Shown piece after piece: positions 50,000-59,143 of a stretch of 64,000 nucleotides of DNA. The DNA lies in assembly GCA_937959265.1 (NCBI GenBank), contig CALGMA010000027.1, forward strand, positions 9,474-73,473. Reading direction: 5' to 3'. The notes beneath the pieces were generated by a model, which was not told the DNA's origin, did no database searches, and worked only from the letters and a program-made list of their open reading frames with translations. This DNA is from an uncultured Anaerolineae bacterium. GTDB lineage: Bacteria; Chloroflexota; Anaerolineae; J036; Brachytrichaceae. Position 1 is the first letter of the stretch. Each line of letters starts with the position of its first letter. A program made the position numbers and the translations under genes.

Positions 50000-50976
50000 A
50001 TGTATCGCTTGCAGACATCGAAGTTGAACCGCCGCCGATCACCTCGCCAGCGATGACTTTCACACCGAACCAGCGCCGCGTTTCTGATCTGTTGATCCTG
50101 TGGGCCTGGGAATATGACGCCGATTTCGTCGCCATGCTGGCCCGCGCGTGCGCGACGCGCAACGTAAGCACCCACGTCTGTGGCGCAGACGCACTGGCAC
50201 AACTTCCCGCTCGGTTGGATTCGGGCGAGATCCGTGCGCGCGTCGGCCTGGATCGCGTGTGGGACTGGGGCGGGGAATACGAGCGACACGTCGAGGCGAT
50301 GCAGCGCAATGTGCCGCTGATGGTCAACGACTATGCGCGTGTGCGGCGGGTCTGGAATAAGCTGACGATGCACATGACGCTGATTGCGCATGGCATCTAT
50401 GCGCCACACCTGATTCTCTTGCCGTCGTACGAAGAACAGCCCACCCTACCGCGCGTAGACCTCTCGCCGCTGGGCAGCAGGTTTTCGGTGAAGAGCGTGC
50501 AGAGCGGCGGCAGCGGCGTGTTGGAGCCGGTGACCCGATGGGAGGACGTGCTGGCGCAGCGTCTCGAGTGGCCCGGCGAGCAGACAATCCTGCAGGCTTG
50601 GGTCGAACCGAAGTTGCTCGGCAAGCGCCGGGCGTGGTTTCGCGTGTTCTACGCTTGCGGCAGTACCTTCCCCTGTTGGGCCGACGACCGCACCCACGTT
50701 CAAGAAACGCTCTCACCAGAGGACGAAAGCCGCTATCAACTGAGCATCCTGCGCGGCCTCACCCAGCAGATCGCCGGATTGTGTGGTCTAAACCTGTTCT
50801 CCACCGAGATTGCGCTCGATCAAAATAACCTGTGGCAGGTGTGTGACTATGTGAACGAACCTTGCGACTTCCGGCTGAAATCCACCGCCGCCAACGGGGT
50901 GCCCGATGAAGTCGTGGCAGCAATCTGCGACCGCATCGCCGGCTGGGTCAAGCGTCGGACGGAAGCAGCCGATTGA
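49996..50976 (+). CDS. ATP-grasp-like hypothetical protein
   Basis: NKLTMHMTL..GIYAP, FSVKSVQSGGSGV, ILQAWV, FRVFY, DYVNE follow ATP-grasp motif order; GTGA overlap with peptidase. Confidence 0.6.
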   Translation: MNVSLADIEVEPPPITSPAMTFTPNQRRVSDLLILWAWEYDADFVAMLARACATRNVSTHVCGADALAQLPARLDSGEIRARVGLDRVWDWGGEYERHVEAMQRNVPLMVNDYARVRRVWNKLTMHMTLIAHGIYAPHLILLPSYEEQPTLPRVDLSPLGSRFSVKSVQSGGSGVLEPVTRWEDVLAQRLEWPGEQTILQAWVEPKLLGKRRAWFRVFYACGSTFPCWADDRTHVQETLSPEDESRYQLSILRGLTQQIAGLCGLNLFSTEIALDQNNLWQVCDYVNEPCDFRLKSTAANGVPDEVVAAICDRIAGWVKRRTEAAD

Positions 50977-51050
50977 TCACTGCATCAGGAACAAACGGCT
51001 CGCCTGTAACGTCTCAACCAGCAATGACGATGCACATAGGAGGAACAAAC

Positions 51051-51785
51051 ATGACGAGACGACTGTTGACTACCCTGGCCGCCGGCGCTTTGGCTGTGAC
51101 CGTCCTGGCGAGTCGGCCCACCCATGCCTATACAGCGCTTCAACAAGACAACCAACCTTTTCAACGCGCGGTGACCGTGGTGGGCGTTGGTCGAGCAACA
51201 GCCTCGCCGGACATCGCGCGCGTTACGGTGGGCGTAGATATTGTCAACCCGCGGTTGAGTGTCGCGCTAACCGAAGCCAATCGCAAGACGGCGGCAATCA
51301 TGGCTGCGCTGGAGAAAGCCGGCGTCGCCAAGAAGGACATCCGAACAGCCGAGTTCAACGTTTTCCCGCAACAAGCGTATGGGCCGAGTGGACCCGGACC
51401 GATCACCGGCTATCGCGTGATCAACACTATGCGGGTGACGGTGCGCAACCTGGATAGCACCGGCGCAGTGCTCGACGCAGCCACCAACGCCGGCGCGAAC
51501 ACGATTCAGGGATTGGTCTTCACGATCGAGGACGTCAAAGCGATAGAGGCAAAGGCGCGCAAAGACGCGATGGCCGACGCCAAGACCAAAGCCACGACTC
51601 TGGCCGGGGAAGCCGGCGCAAAGGTCGGGCAGGTGCTGACAATCTCGGAAATCATTTCAAGCGGCAGTCCGGTGCCGGTGTTCGCTGCCGCCCCGGCAGC
51701 CGAAGGTTTTGGCGGGGGCGCGTCCATCGCGCCCGGCACGCAGGATGTCGTCATCCAGGTCCAGGTGACCTACGAGATCGAGTGA
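51051..51785 (+). CDS. SIMPL (DUF541) domain protein
   Basis: Signal peptide, VTVVGVG..PD.A.V, AMADAKTKA..LA, IAPG..V.V.VTY; RBS AGGAGG. Confidence 0.9.
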   Translation: MTRRLLTTLAAGALAVTVLASRPTHAYTALQQDNQPFQRAVTVVGVGRATASPDIARVTVGVDIVNPRLSVALTEANRKTAAIMAALEKAGVAKKDIRTAEFNVFPQQAYGPSGPGPITGYRVINTMRVTVRNLDSTGAVLDAATNAGANTIQGLVFTIEDVKAIEAKARKDAMADAKTKATTLAGEAGAKVGQVLTISEIISSGSPVPVFAAAPAAEGFGGGASIAPGTQDVVIQVQVTYEIE

Positions 51786-51792
51786 GCGTTAC

Positions 51793-51837
51793 AAGCCACC
51801 GGGGCGAGATTTCTGAAGAATCTCGCCCCGGCGGCTT
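51793..51837. terminator. Hairpin between convergent genes (likely bidirectional terminator)
   Basis: AAGCC-A-CCGGGGCGAGATT-N7-AATCTCGCCCCGG-C-GGCTT. Confidence 0.7.
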
Positions 51838-51840
51838 CAG

Positions 51841-52932
51841 TTAAATTACCTCTAATCCATCACGATCCGGCAACGTTGGGAAGGGCACATGTGGCTCGGT
51901 CTGATACCAAAACGCTGTCGAGGCGATGTCGTCTTGCAACGGCAGATACCGTCTGCCGCTGCGCCAGCCCAACGCCTGGATGGTCACGCGCAGGTCATGC
52001 TCGAAGCGGATCGGATCGGCGATGTGCCAGCGATACATGCCGAAACGCTGCTGGCTCTGATATAGGCCATCTGGTTTGATGACTTGCGGCAAGCCGCTGT
52101 AGGGCGTACAGAACACGCCATACTCGCCTCTGGGGTGCTCGAAGTTCCACGCCCCGCCGAAGTAATCCTCTGTGCCGGTGCCGCAGATGGTGGGCCATTC
52201 GTCACCGTCCATGTAGAACTTCATCTCCCCCTCGCCCCACCAGCCGTTGTTGTTCACGCCCCAGGCCAGGTATGTGCCAACGTAGTGCCCTTTGCCTCGC
52301 ACGCTGTCCAGCAGCGTATGCGCCGACTTGTAGGGCAGCGGATTGCTGCGCCGCCATTGGGCGTGAAAGTAGGCCGCATCGTCAAGAACATCAGTTAGCG
52401 CATAGGTGATCTGATAGAAACAGATCATCGGGTCGTCGGCCAGGTTCTCCAGGGTAATGCGGGCGGATTTGCGGAAGGGCATCTCCCAGTAAGCGTTAAA
52501 GCCGCCGGCCGGGTTGACGCACACGGCTAGCGAGGCGATGTTGCAGCGCACGCCCCAGCCACAGCAGAAGAAATCGCCCACCGGCGTCTCGACCGAAGGC
52601 GTCGCCTCGCCATCCCAGTACATGCGCAGCACCGCGCGACGCCAAGTGTCGGGGAACATCGTCATCCAGATATGCTGGATCGCGCCGCTGCCTTCGATCT
52701 GAGCGAGCGTGAACGTCGCGCGCGGCGCGATTGATACGCACGGCGAGACCTTCCAGCCTTGACCCAGCTCGCGCGCGGCGTTCGCTGCCTCGCCTTCGGT
52801 GGCCATGCCACCTTTGCCCTTCTCGCCGGTGAAGTTCTCCGCGCTGATCGAGCGCGTCTGAGCATTGGAGAGTCGCGACAGGTTGCCCAGGTGCATGCCC
52901 AGGCCGTTGAAGGAATGCGCTTTCGTGTCCAT
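51841..52932 (-). CDS. DUF2961 / GH172 family glycoside hydrolase
   Basis: TRSISAEN.TGEKG, GAIQHIWMT, WWGEGE, GTGTEDYF, YRWHI.DPI; start taken at MDTK. Confidence 0.88.
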   Translation of the reverse strand: MDTKAHSFNGLGMHLGNLSRLSNAQTRSISAENFTGEKGKGGMATEGEAANAARELGQGWKVSPCVSIAPRATFTLAQIEGSGAIQHIWMTMFPDTWRRAVLRMYWDGEATPSVETPVGDFFCCGWGVRCNIASLAVCVNPAGGFNAYWEMPFRKSARITLENLADDPMICFYQITYALTDVLDDAAYFHAQWRRSNPLPYKSAHTLLDSVRGKGHYVGTYLAWGVNNNGWWGEGEMKFYMDGDEWPTICGTGTEDYFGGAWNFEHPRGEYGVFCTPYSGLPQVIKPDGLYQSQQRFGMYRWHIADPIRFEHDLRVTIQALGWRSGRRYLPLQDDIASTAFWYQTEPHVPFPTLPDRDGLEVI

Positions 52933-52980
52933 GGCGCGGACGATTGTGCAATCGCGACGCCGCGCGCGCAAGCGCATCAT

Positions 52981-53019
52981 GCGACAAGCCGGCGATTCGT
53001 CGAGTCGCCGGCTCGTCGC
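52981..53019. terminator. GC-rich hairpin downstream of LRR gene
   Basis: GCGAC-A-AGCCGGCGA..TCGCCGGCT-C-GTCGC; no U-tract. Confidence 0.45.
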
Positions 53020-53032
53020 TCGCGCCTTTACT

Positions 53033-54127
53033 TCATCGGCAAGCCATCTCAGGTTTGTACCATCGCGCAGCTTTGAAGCCGGATGGCGCGCACAAGCCAT
53101 TGTTGAGTTGCAGCGTCACAACAACCAGCTTGGTGAGATTAGCGAAGCTATCGGGCAACGATCCGCCAAGTTGGTTCTGGTGCAGCGCCAGCTCGGTGAG
53201 CCGCACCAGGTTTCCTAACTCCGCAGGCACCTCGCCGCTGAGCTGGTTATCGAAGAGCCACATCTGTCGCAGCGCACTCAGCTTGCCTAACTCCGGCGGA
53301 ATCGGGCCGCTGAGGTTGTTCGCATACAACTGCAGCACTTCCAGGTTGGTCAAATTCCCCAACTCGGGCGGGATCTGGCCGGACAGCCGGTTGTTATTGA
53401 GCCCAAGAAAGCGCAGACGGCTCAGCTTGCCCAACTCCGATGGGATTTCACCGGTGAGTTTGTTGCCGTTGAGGCGAAGCTCAACCAGGTTGGTCAATTC
53501 GCCCAACTCGGGCGGGATTTCGCCGCTCAGGTCGTTGCTGGACAGTTCAAGGTATTCCAGCGACTTAAGCTGAGCCAGCTCGGCAGGAATCGAGCCGGTC
53601 AGCTTGTTGAGGCGCATAAACAGCTTGCGCAGGCCAGTGAGCTTGGCGATCTGGGGCGGAATCGGCCCGGACAGGTCCCTGGAGTTCAGGTCCAACTCGA
53701 CGATGCACATTTCACCTGTGCCGACGCCGCCGAAGGTTGCCACTTTATCTACAGCGAGGTTGGGTTGACCCATCGCCCTGAGCACTTCCTCGAGCGTCTG
53801 CCGGTCTTGGGCCTCGGAGCAAGACGACTTGGTCTCGGCGACGGCGGGGGCCGCTGGCGCGGGCGGCGCTGTTGCTTCCGGCATTGCGACTGTCGGCGTC
53901 GGCAACGTTTGAGCCGGCGCGGGCGGCGCTGTTGCTTCCGGCGTCGCGACCGCAGCAGGCGCAACTGTCGGCGCTTGAGTCGGTAAGGCGGGGGCCACTG
54001 AGACCGGCGTAGGCGTTTGATTCTGTGCTGGGCTGGCCAGCTCAACGCTTACGCCACCGCACCCACTGAGCGCCACACTCACCATGACACTACACACGAT
54101 CGAACTGACAAAGTGTTTACGCAACAT
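53033..54127 (-). CDS. Lipoprotein with plant-type leucine-rich repeats
   Basis: Lipobox ALSGC, Pro/Ala/Thr linker, seven full 24-aa repeats LxxLxxLxLxxNxLsGxIPxELGx plus caps; RBS AAGGAGG. Confidence 0.9.
   Translation of the reverse strand: MLRKHFVSSIVCSVMVSVALSGCGGVSVELASPAQNQTPTPVSVAPALPTQAPTVAPAAVATPEATAPPAPAQTLPTPTVAMPEATAPPAPAAPAVAETKSSCSEAQDRQTLEEVLRAMGQPNLAVDKVATFGGVGTGEMCIVELDLNSRDLSGPIPPQIAKLTGLRKLFMRLNKLTGSIPAELAQLKSLEYLELSSNDLSGEIPPELGELTNLVELRLNGNKLTGEIPSELGKLSRLRFLGLNNNRLSGQIPPELGNLTNLEVLQLYANNLSGPIPPELGKLSALRQMWLFDNQLSGEVPAELGNLVRLTELALHQNQLGGSLPDSFANLTKLVVVTLQLNNGLCAPSGFKAARWYKPEMACR
53856..53942. repeat. 27-bp exact direct repeat with 60-bp period in LRR linker
   Basis: GGCGCGGGCGGCGCTGTTGCTTCCGGC at 53856-53882 and 53916-53942 (PEATAPPAP twice). 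Confidence 0.9.
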
Positions 54128-54213
54128 GACTTTCCTCCTTCAACCTTAACTTTGTTCATCCCGCTCGATGGCCTCACCCCGATCGAGCGACATCCACAAG
54201 GTAACAGGGCAAA

Positions 54214-54272
54214 GTTACGCAAATGTGAAGCCTGGTGACGCCACAGCAACGGTTCTGTTACGCCTTCGTAAC
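54214..54272 (-). promoter_or_regulatory. Array of six pentamers at about 11-bp spacing (putative OmpR/PhoB-type operator)
   Basis: + strand GTTAC 54214, GTGAA 54225, GTGAC 54235, GCAAC 54246, GTTAC 54257, GTAAC 54268. Confidence 0.55.
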
Positions 54273-55349
54273 ATCCTCTGGCTGGAGGGGAAGTACGATG
54301 TGGAAGGCTGCGCCCTGACCGGGTGTGCTCTCGCAAGTAATCTGGCCGCCGTGCTGTTCGACGATTTGCCGCACGATCGCTAAGCCGAGGCCGCTGCCGC
54401 GAACGCGGCGCTGCGCATCGCCGCGATATAACTCGTCGAAGATGTGAGGTAAGTCTTCGCGCGAAATGCCGGGCCCATCATCACTTACGGTAATGCGCAC
54501 ATGCCCGTCGGCATGACGCAACGTCACCACCACATGACCTCCCGACCGGCCATACTTGATGCCGTTGTCAATCAGGTTTAGGAACACCTGCTTCCATGAG
54601 TCGCGGTCAACCGATGGGCGCGGCAGGCGAGGTTCAGCATTCAGCTCGAGCGTGATCTGTCGTTCGTCTGCCGGCGCCAACATGCTGAGCACGACTTCCT
54701 CGGCTACCGCGACCAAATTAGTGGGGCGACGTTGGAGCGGCTGCCCTGCCTCCAGGCGCGCCAGCAGCAACAAGTTGGAGACCAGACGCGTCAGCCGGTC
54801 CACTTCCTCTCGGCTGATCTCGAGCGATCTCAACCAGCTCGCATCGTTTTGCTCAGAGTCGGAAATACTCGCAATAATATGCGTCAGATGCCCCTGCATA
54901 GCCGTCAGTGGCGTGAGTAATTCGTGGCTGAGCATACGGATCAACTTTCGATAGCTTGCCTCGGCTTGTTGTTGCTGCGAGAGATCCCATAGCGTGACCA
55001 ACGTGTAGCCGGTGTCAGGCAAAGCGATCACTTGCGCCTGGATAATCTGACCATCGCTGCCGCGCAGCACGGTAGATTGGCGTAGGTTAGGCGCTGCAGT
55101 CTGACACAGCCGATCGAACACGCCCAGATCCAACTGGGCAGCCAAAGCATCGGCAGCGGGATTGGCGAACCGGCGTTGCCGCGCGCGATCGAACAGCATG
55201 ACGCCGATGGGAAGCTCGGACAGCGCCGAGCGCCAGGTGCGGTTCTGCCGCCGGCCATAGCGATAGCTCAGCCAGGCAAGCAGGGCGGTCAGCGCGACAA
55301 CGCCCACAACGAGCAGAGCGAAACACCACAGATCGAAGATGATGCGCAT
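54258..55349 (-). CDS. Sensor histidine kinase (one TM, PAS-like, HisKA, HATPase)
   Basis: SHELLTPL H-box, QVFLNLIDNGIKY, DDGPGI, GSGLGL. Confidence 0.93.
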   Translation of the reverse strand: MRIIFDLWCFALLVVGVVALTALLAWLSYRYGRRQNRTWRSALSELPIGVMLFDRARQRRFANPAADALAAQLDLGVFDRLCQTAAPNLRQSTVLRGSDGQIIQAQVIALPDTGYTLVTLWDLSQQQQAEASYRKLIRMLSHELLTPLTAMQGHLTHIIASISDSEQNDASWLRSLEISREEVDRLTRLVSNLLLLARLEAGQPLQRRPTNLVAVAEEVVLSMLAPADERQITLELNAEPRLPRPSVDRDSWKQVFLNLIDNGIKYGRSGGHVVVTLRHADGHVRITVSDDGPGISREDLPHIFDELYRGDAQRRVRGSGLGLAIVRQIVEQHGGQITCESTPGQGAAFHIVLPLQPEDVTKA

Positions 55350-55429
55350 ACATCCTTCACGACACGCACGTCACGATCCACCTCTAAACCGCAAGTCATC
55401 TACCTGACGGTCGCAGGCAACACGCCTGC

Positions 55430-56128
55430 TCACCATTCGCGGAACGCATAGCCTACCCCGCGCACGGTCAAGATGTAGCGCGGATTCGACGGGTCAGGCT
55501 CCAGCTTGTGACGCAGCTCAGCGATGTGCCGGTCCACGGTGCGGGTATCCACTGCCACATCCCAACCCCACACCTGGTCGAGTAGCATCTCGCGTCCAAA
55601 CGCGCGGCCGGCGTGACTGGCGAGATAGGCCAGCAAATCAAACTCGCGCGGTGTGAGGATGACCTCAACGCCATCACGCAAGACCCGTCGGCGGTGCAGA
55701 TCAATCGTGAGCCACTGGTCAACCAACAACGGCGCCGTCGCAGCGCCGGCTCGCGCGGCTGCGACCATGCGAAACGTCGCCCGGATACGCGCGAGCAACT
55801 CCCGTTCATCATATGGCTTGGTGATGTAGTCATCGGCGCCAACTTCAAGGCCAATGACCTTATCGTTCGCGTCACTGCGAACCGTCAGCATGATCACCGG
55901 GGTGTAGCCCGGCAACGCCCGGATCGCGCGGCAAACGGCCAGGCCATCCAGCAACGGGTCGCCCAGGTTGAAGTCGAGCAGCACCAGATCGAAGCTGCGC
56001 GACTTCAGCAGTTCTAGCGCCGCGCGTCCATCGGCCGCCCAGGTTGTTTGATAGCCTGCGCGTTCGAGCAAAAGCTGCAACGACGAAGCAACGTTCGGCT
56101 CATCGTCAACGATCAGGATGTGCGCCAT
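55430..56128 (-). CDS. OmpR/PhoB-family response regulator
   Basis: ILIVDDE, LVLLD, GADDYITKP, LTPREFDLL, RTVDRHI..LR.KLE, TVRGVGY. Confidence 0.95.
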   Translation of the reverse strand: MAHILIVDDEPNVASSLQLLLERAGYQTTWAADGRAALELLKSRSFDLVLLDFNLGDPLLDGLAVCRAIRALPGYTPVIMLTVRSDANDKVIGLEVGADDYITKPYDERELLARIRATFRMVAAARAGAATAPLLVDQWLTIDLHRRRVLRDGVEVILTPREFDLLAYLASHAGRAFGREMLLDQVWGWDVAVDTRTVDRHIAELRHKLEPDPSNPRYILTVRGVGYAFREW

Positions 56129-56205
56129 CAGCGCCAATGTTACTGCCTCGCCATGCTCCGCAACGCGCGCAGCCCGGCGTCAAACTGTGCTTAAATCCCC
56201 CATGT

Positions 56206-57519
56206 ATGACTCAAGCCGATATCCTCTTCGCCCAGGCCCAACACGTGCTGCCCGGCGGCGTTACGGCCACGGCGCGCTTCAACAGGGCGCTGGGGCGCCC
56301 GTTCTACATTGCCCGAGGCGATGGCGCATACGTGTTCGATCTGGATGAGCAGCCCTACGTAGACCTGTGCACCTCGCATGGCGCATCGTTGCTCGGCCAC
56401 AATCATTCCGCGCTCAAAGCCGCCGTCGCGCGCGCGTTGGCGCTGGGGATCATCTGCGCAGCCGAGACGGAGCACCAGGTGACGCTGGCGCAGAAGCTGC
56501 GCGCGCTGGTGCCATGCGCAGAGATGGCGCGTTTCTCGTCCAGCGGCACCGAGACGATGATGCACGGCCTACGGCTTGCTCGCGCGGCAACCGGCCGCGA
56601 GAAGATCATCAAGTTCGAGGGACACTTCCATGGCTATTCGGACTTTCTGAACTTCAGTTGGGCGCCGCCGCCGGCGCAGGCCGGCCCACACGATGCCCCT
56701 CTGCCCTACCCTGAATCCGCCGGCATCCCTGGCATGACCGCGCAGACGATTATCATTGCGCCTTTCAACGACCCAGACGCGCTGGAAGCGATCTTCGAGC
56801 GATATGGCCACGAGGTCGCCGCGTTGGTCATGGAGCCGATCAACTACGACTCCGGTTGCATCCCGCCGCAGCCGGGCTTCGTCCAACTTTGCCGCGAGCT
56901 GTGCGATCACTACAATGCACTGCTGTTCTTCGACGAAGTATTGACGGCCTTCCGCATGGCACCGGGTGGCGCACAACAATATCTCGGCGTGACGCCGGAC
57001 CTGGCCGTGCTCGGCAAAGCGTTCGGCGGAGGGATGCCGATCAGCGCGCTGGTAGGGCGGCGGGAGGTCATGATGCACTTGAAGCCGGCCGGCCGCGCCG
57101 AGATGAGCGGCACTTACCTAGCGCATCTGACCGCCGTGCTGGCGGCCGGCGCTGCGTTGGAAGAATACAGCCGGCCAGGATTCTACGAGCGGCTCGACGC
57201 GCTCGGAGAGCATTTCTACGGCGCCTTGCAGGACCTCATCGAGCGGAGCGGCGTAAAAGTGCGCCTGCAGTACGTTGGTCCGCGCTTCGGGCTGTATTTC
57301 GGCCTCGACCCCGACCGGCCGGTGGTGAACTACCGGCAAGCCGCCCAACAAAACCACGAAGCGTTTTTAACCTTCGCGCGGGGGTGCATCCGGCGCGGCG
57401 CGTATGTGCATGTCTCGGCGCACCATGGCTTCTCGGCAGCATACACCGAAGCCGACTTAGGTTGCGCGCTGGAGGCTATTGCAGGCGCGTTGGAGGATGT
57501 AAAACAGAATAACGGATGA
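56206..57519 (+). CDS. Class III aminotransferase, glutamate-1-semialdehyde aminomutase-like
   Basis: SSGTE, KFEGHFHG, FDEVLTAFR, LGKAFGGGMP. Confidence 0.88.
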   Translation: MTQADILFAQAQHVLPGGVTATARFNRALGRPFYIARGDGAYVFDLDEQPYVDLCTSHGASLLGHNHSALKAAVARALALGIICAAETEHQVTLAQKLRALVPCAEMARFSSSGTETMMHGLRLARAATGREKIIKFEGHFHGYSDFLNFSWAPPPAQAGPHDAPLPYPESAGIPGMTAQTIIIAPFNDPDALEAIFERYGHEVAALVMEPINYDSGCIPPQPGFVQLCRELCDHYNALLFFDEVLTAFRMAPGGAQQYLGVTPDLAVLGKAFGGGMPISALVGRREVMMHLKPAGRAEMSGTYLAHLTAVLAAGAALEEYSRPGFYERLDALGEHFYGALQDLIERSGVKVRLQYVGPRFGLYFGLDPDRPVVNYRQAAQQNHEAFLTFARGCIRRGAYVHVSAHHGFSAAYTEADLGCALEAIAGALEDVKQNNG

Positions 57520-57625
57520 AGAAGCGGTATTGCTTCCGCCCACCCAGTGGCATCTCATGCCTTCATAGATGAAGGTTTGCCTTTGTTCTGCATCGCAGGC
57601 TATGCCGACAACCCGGAGACTACCC

Positions 57626-59128
57626 ATGCGCATCGCCATCGGTTCCTTCGTACAAGAGTCGCAATTCTTCTCACCGGTCAAAGGCTCATGGCAGCACTTC
57701 GGGCCGGAACAGATCGTCCGCGGCCAGGCCATGCTCGACGCTGCATCCGGCACACGCTCGGAGGTCGCCGGCGCGATGGATGCCGCAGCACAACGCGCCG
57801 TCTGGCTCGTCCCGCTGCTGCGCGCCATGTCGTCATCATCCAGCGGGCCAATCGCGCGCGAGGTGTATGAGTCCATTCGCGATGAGCTACTGGCGCGCCT
57901 GCGTGAAGCCCTGGCCGAGCCGGTGGACGGCGTGTTGATGGTCATGCATGGCGCGATGAGCGCTGAGGGCTACAACGACGCCACCGGCGACGTATTGCAG
58001 CGCGCGCGCCAGATCATCGGCCCCCTCACCCCCCTGGTCGCCACGCTCGACCTGCACGCCAACATCACCCGCTCGATGTGCGAGGCCGCCGATGGCTTAG
58101 TCGGCTACCTCACTTTCCCCCACGTTGACCTTTACGAGACCGGCGCGCGCGGCATGCAACTGTTGCTCGACACCGCCTCCGGCAAGGTCAAACCGACGAT
58201 CGCGATGGCCAAGCTGCCGATGATCATCCCGGCCGAGAATGCGCAGACGACGCAGGGCATCATTCACGACCTGCTGCAGACTGCTCAGGCGCACCTGAAA
58301 ACACCGGGCATACGCGACATCTCAATCTTCCCGATGCAGCCATGGATGGACACGCCCGAAGCCGGCTGCGCCGTCGTTGTCGTCGCCGAGGAAGCGCAAC
58401 GCGCACACGCGACGCATATCGCTGCGCAGCTCGCCGACATCTGGTGGCGGCGCAGGAGGGAACACCAGGTCGAACTCGCGCCGACCAAGCAGACGATTGC
58501 CGAAGCGCTGGTCAGCGAACGCAAGCCGTGGGTGCTGGCCGATTCGGCCGATGCGCCGTCCTCGGGCGCGCCGGGCGATAGCACAGTGACGCTACAGGCG
58601 TTGCTCGATGCGCAGCCGGCGAAGGATTGCTACACCAACATCGTGGATCCGCAGGCTGTGGCCGCGCTGATCGAAGCAGGCGTGGGCAATGAAGCCACGG
58701 TGTCACTGGGCGCATGCTCCGGGACGACGCTCTATCGGCCGATCACGGTGACCGGCCGGATACGACTAATCTCCGATGGCGCATTCGTGCACAAGGGCGA
58801 AGGGTTGCGCGGCGCGACCATGCGCCGTGGGCGCACAGTCGTGCTGCAAGCCGGGCGCGTGCACGTCGTGGTGATGGAGCGCGCTTGTCTGCAGTGGGAT
58901 CCGGAGTTATACCGCTCGGTTGGATTAGAGCCAACGGACGCGCAGATCGTGATCGTCAAATCGCCGGCCGGCTTTCGAGCCGCGTATTCCCCCTTCGCGG
59001 CAGAGATCCGCGTATTGGATGCGCCGGGCGTTTGCACGCCGAACTTGACTGCGCTGCCCTACGCGCGCATCCCGCGCCCGATGTGGCCTTTCGATCCGAT
59101 AGACGACTGGCGCATTGCAAGGGCTTAG
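57626..59128 (+). CDS. M81 (MlrC-like) metallopeptidase
   Basis: QESQFFSP, MHGAM, LDLHAN, YLTFPHVD, ADAPSSGAPGD, IVKS. Confidence 0.88.
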   Translation: MRIAIGSFVQESQFFSPVKGSWQHFGPEQIVRGQAMLDAASGTRSEVAGAMDAAAQRAVWLVPLLRAMSSSSSGPIAREVYESIRDELLARLREALAEPVDGVLMVMHGAMSAEGYNDATGDVLQRARQIIGPLTPLVATLDLHANITRSMCEAADGLVGYLTFPHVDLYETGARGMQLLLDTASGKVKPTIAMAKLPMIIPAENAQTTQGIIHDLLQTAQAHLKTPGIRDISIFPMQPWMDTPEAGCAVVVVAEEAQRAHATHIAAQLADIWWRRRREHQVELAPTKQTIAEALVSERKPWVLADSADAPSSGAPGDSTVTLQALLDAQPAKDCYTNIVDPQAVAALIEAGVGNEATVSLGACSGTTLYRPITVTGRIRLISDGAFVHKGEGLRGATMRRGRTVVLQAGRVHVVVMERACLQWDPELYRSVGLEPTDAQIVIVKSPAGFRAAYSPFAAEIRVLDAPGVCTPNLTALPYARIPRPMWPFDPIDDWRIARA

Positions 59129-59143
59129 CCGAAGGCAGCGCGC

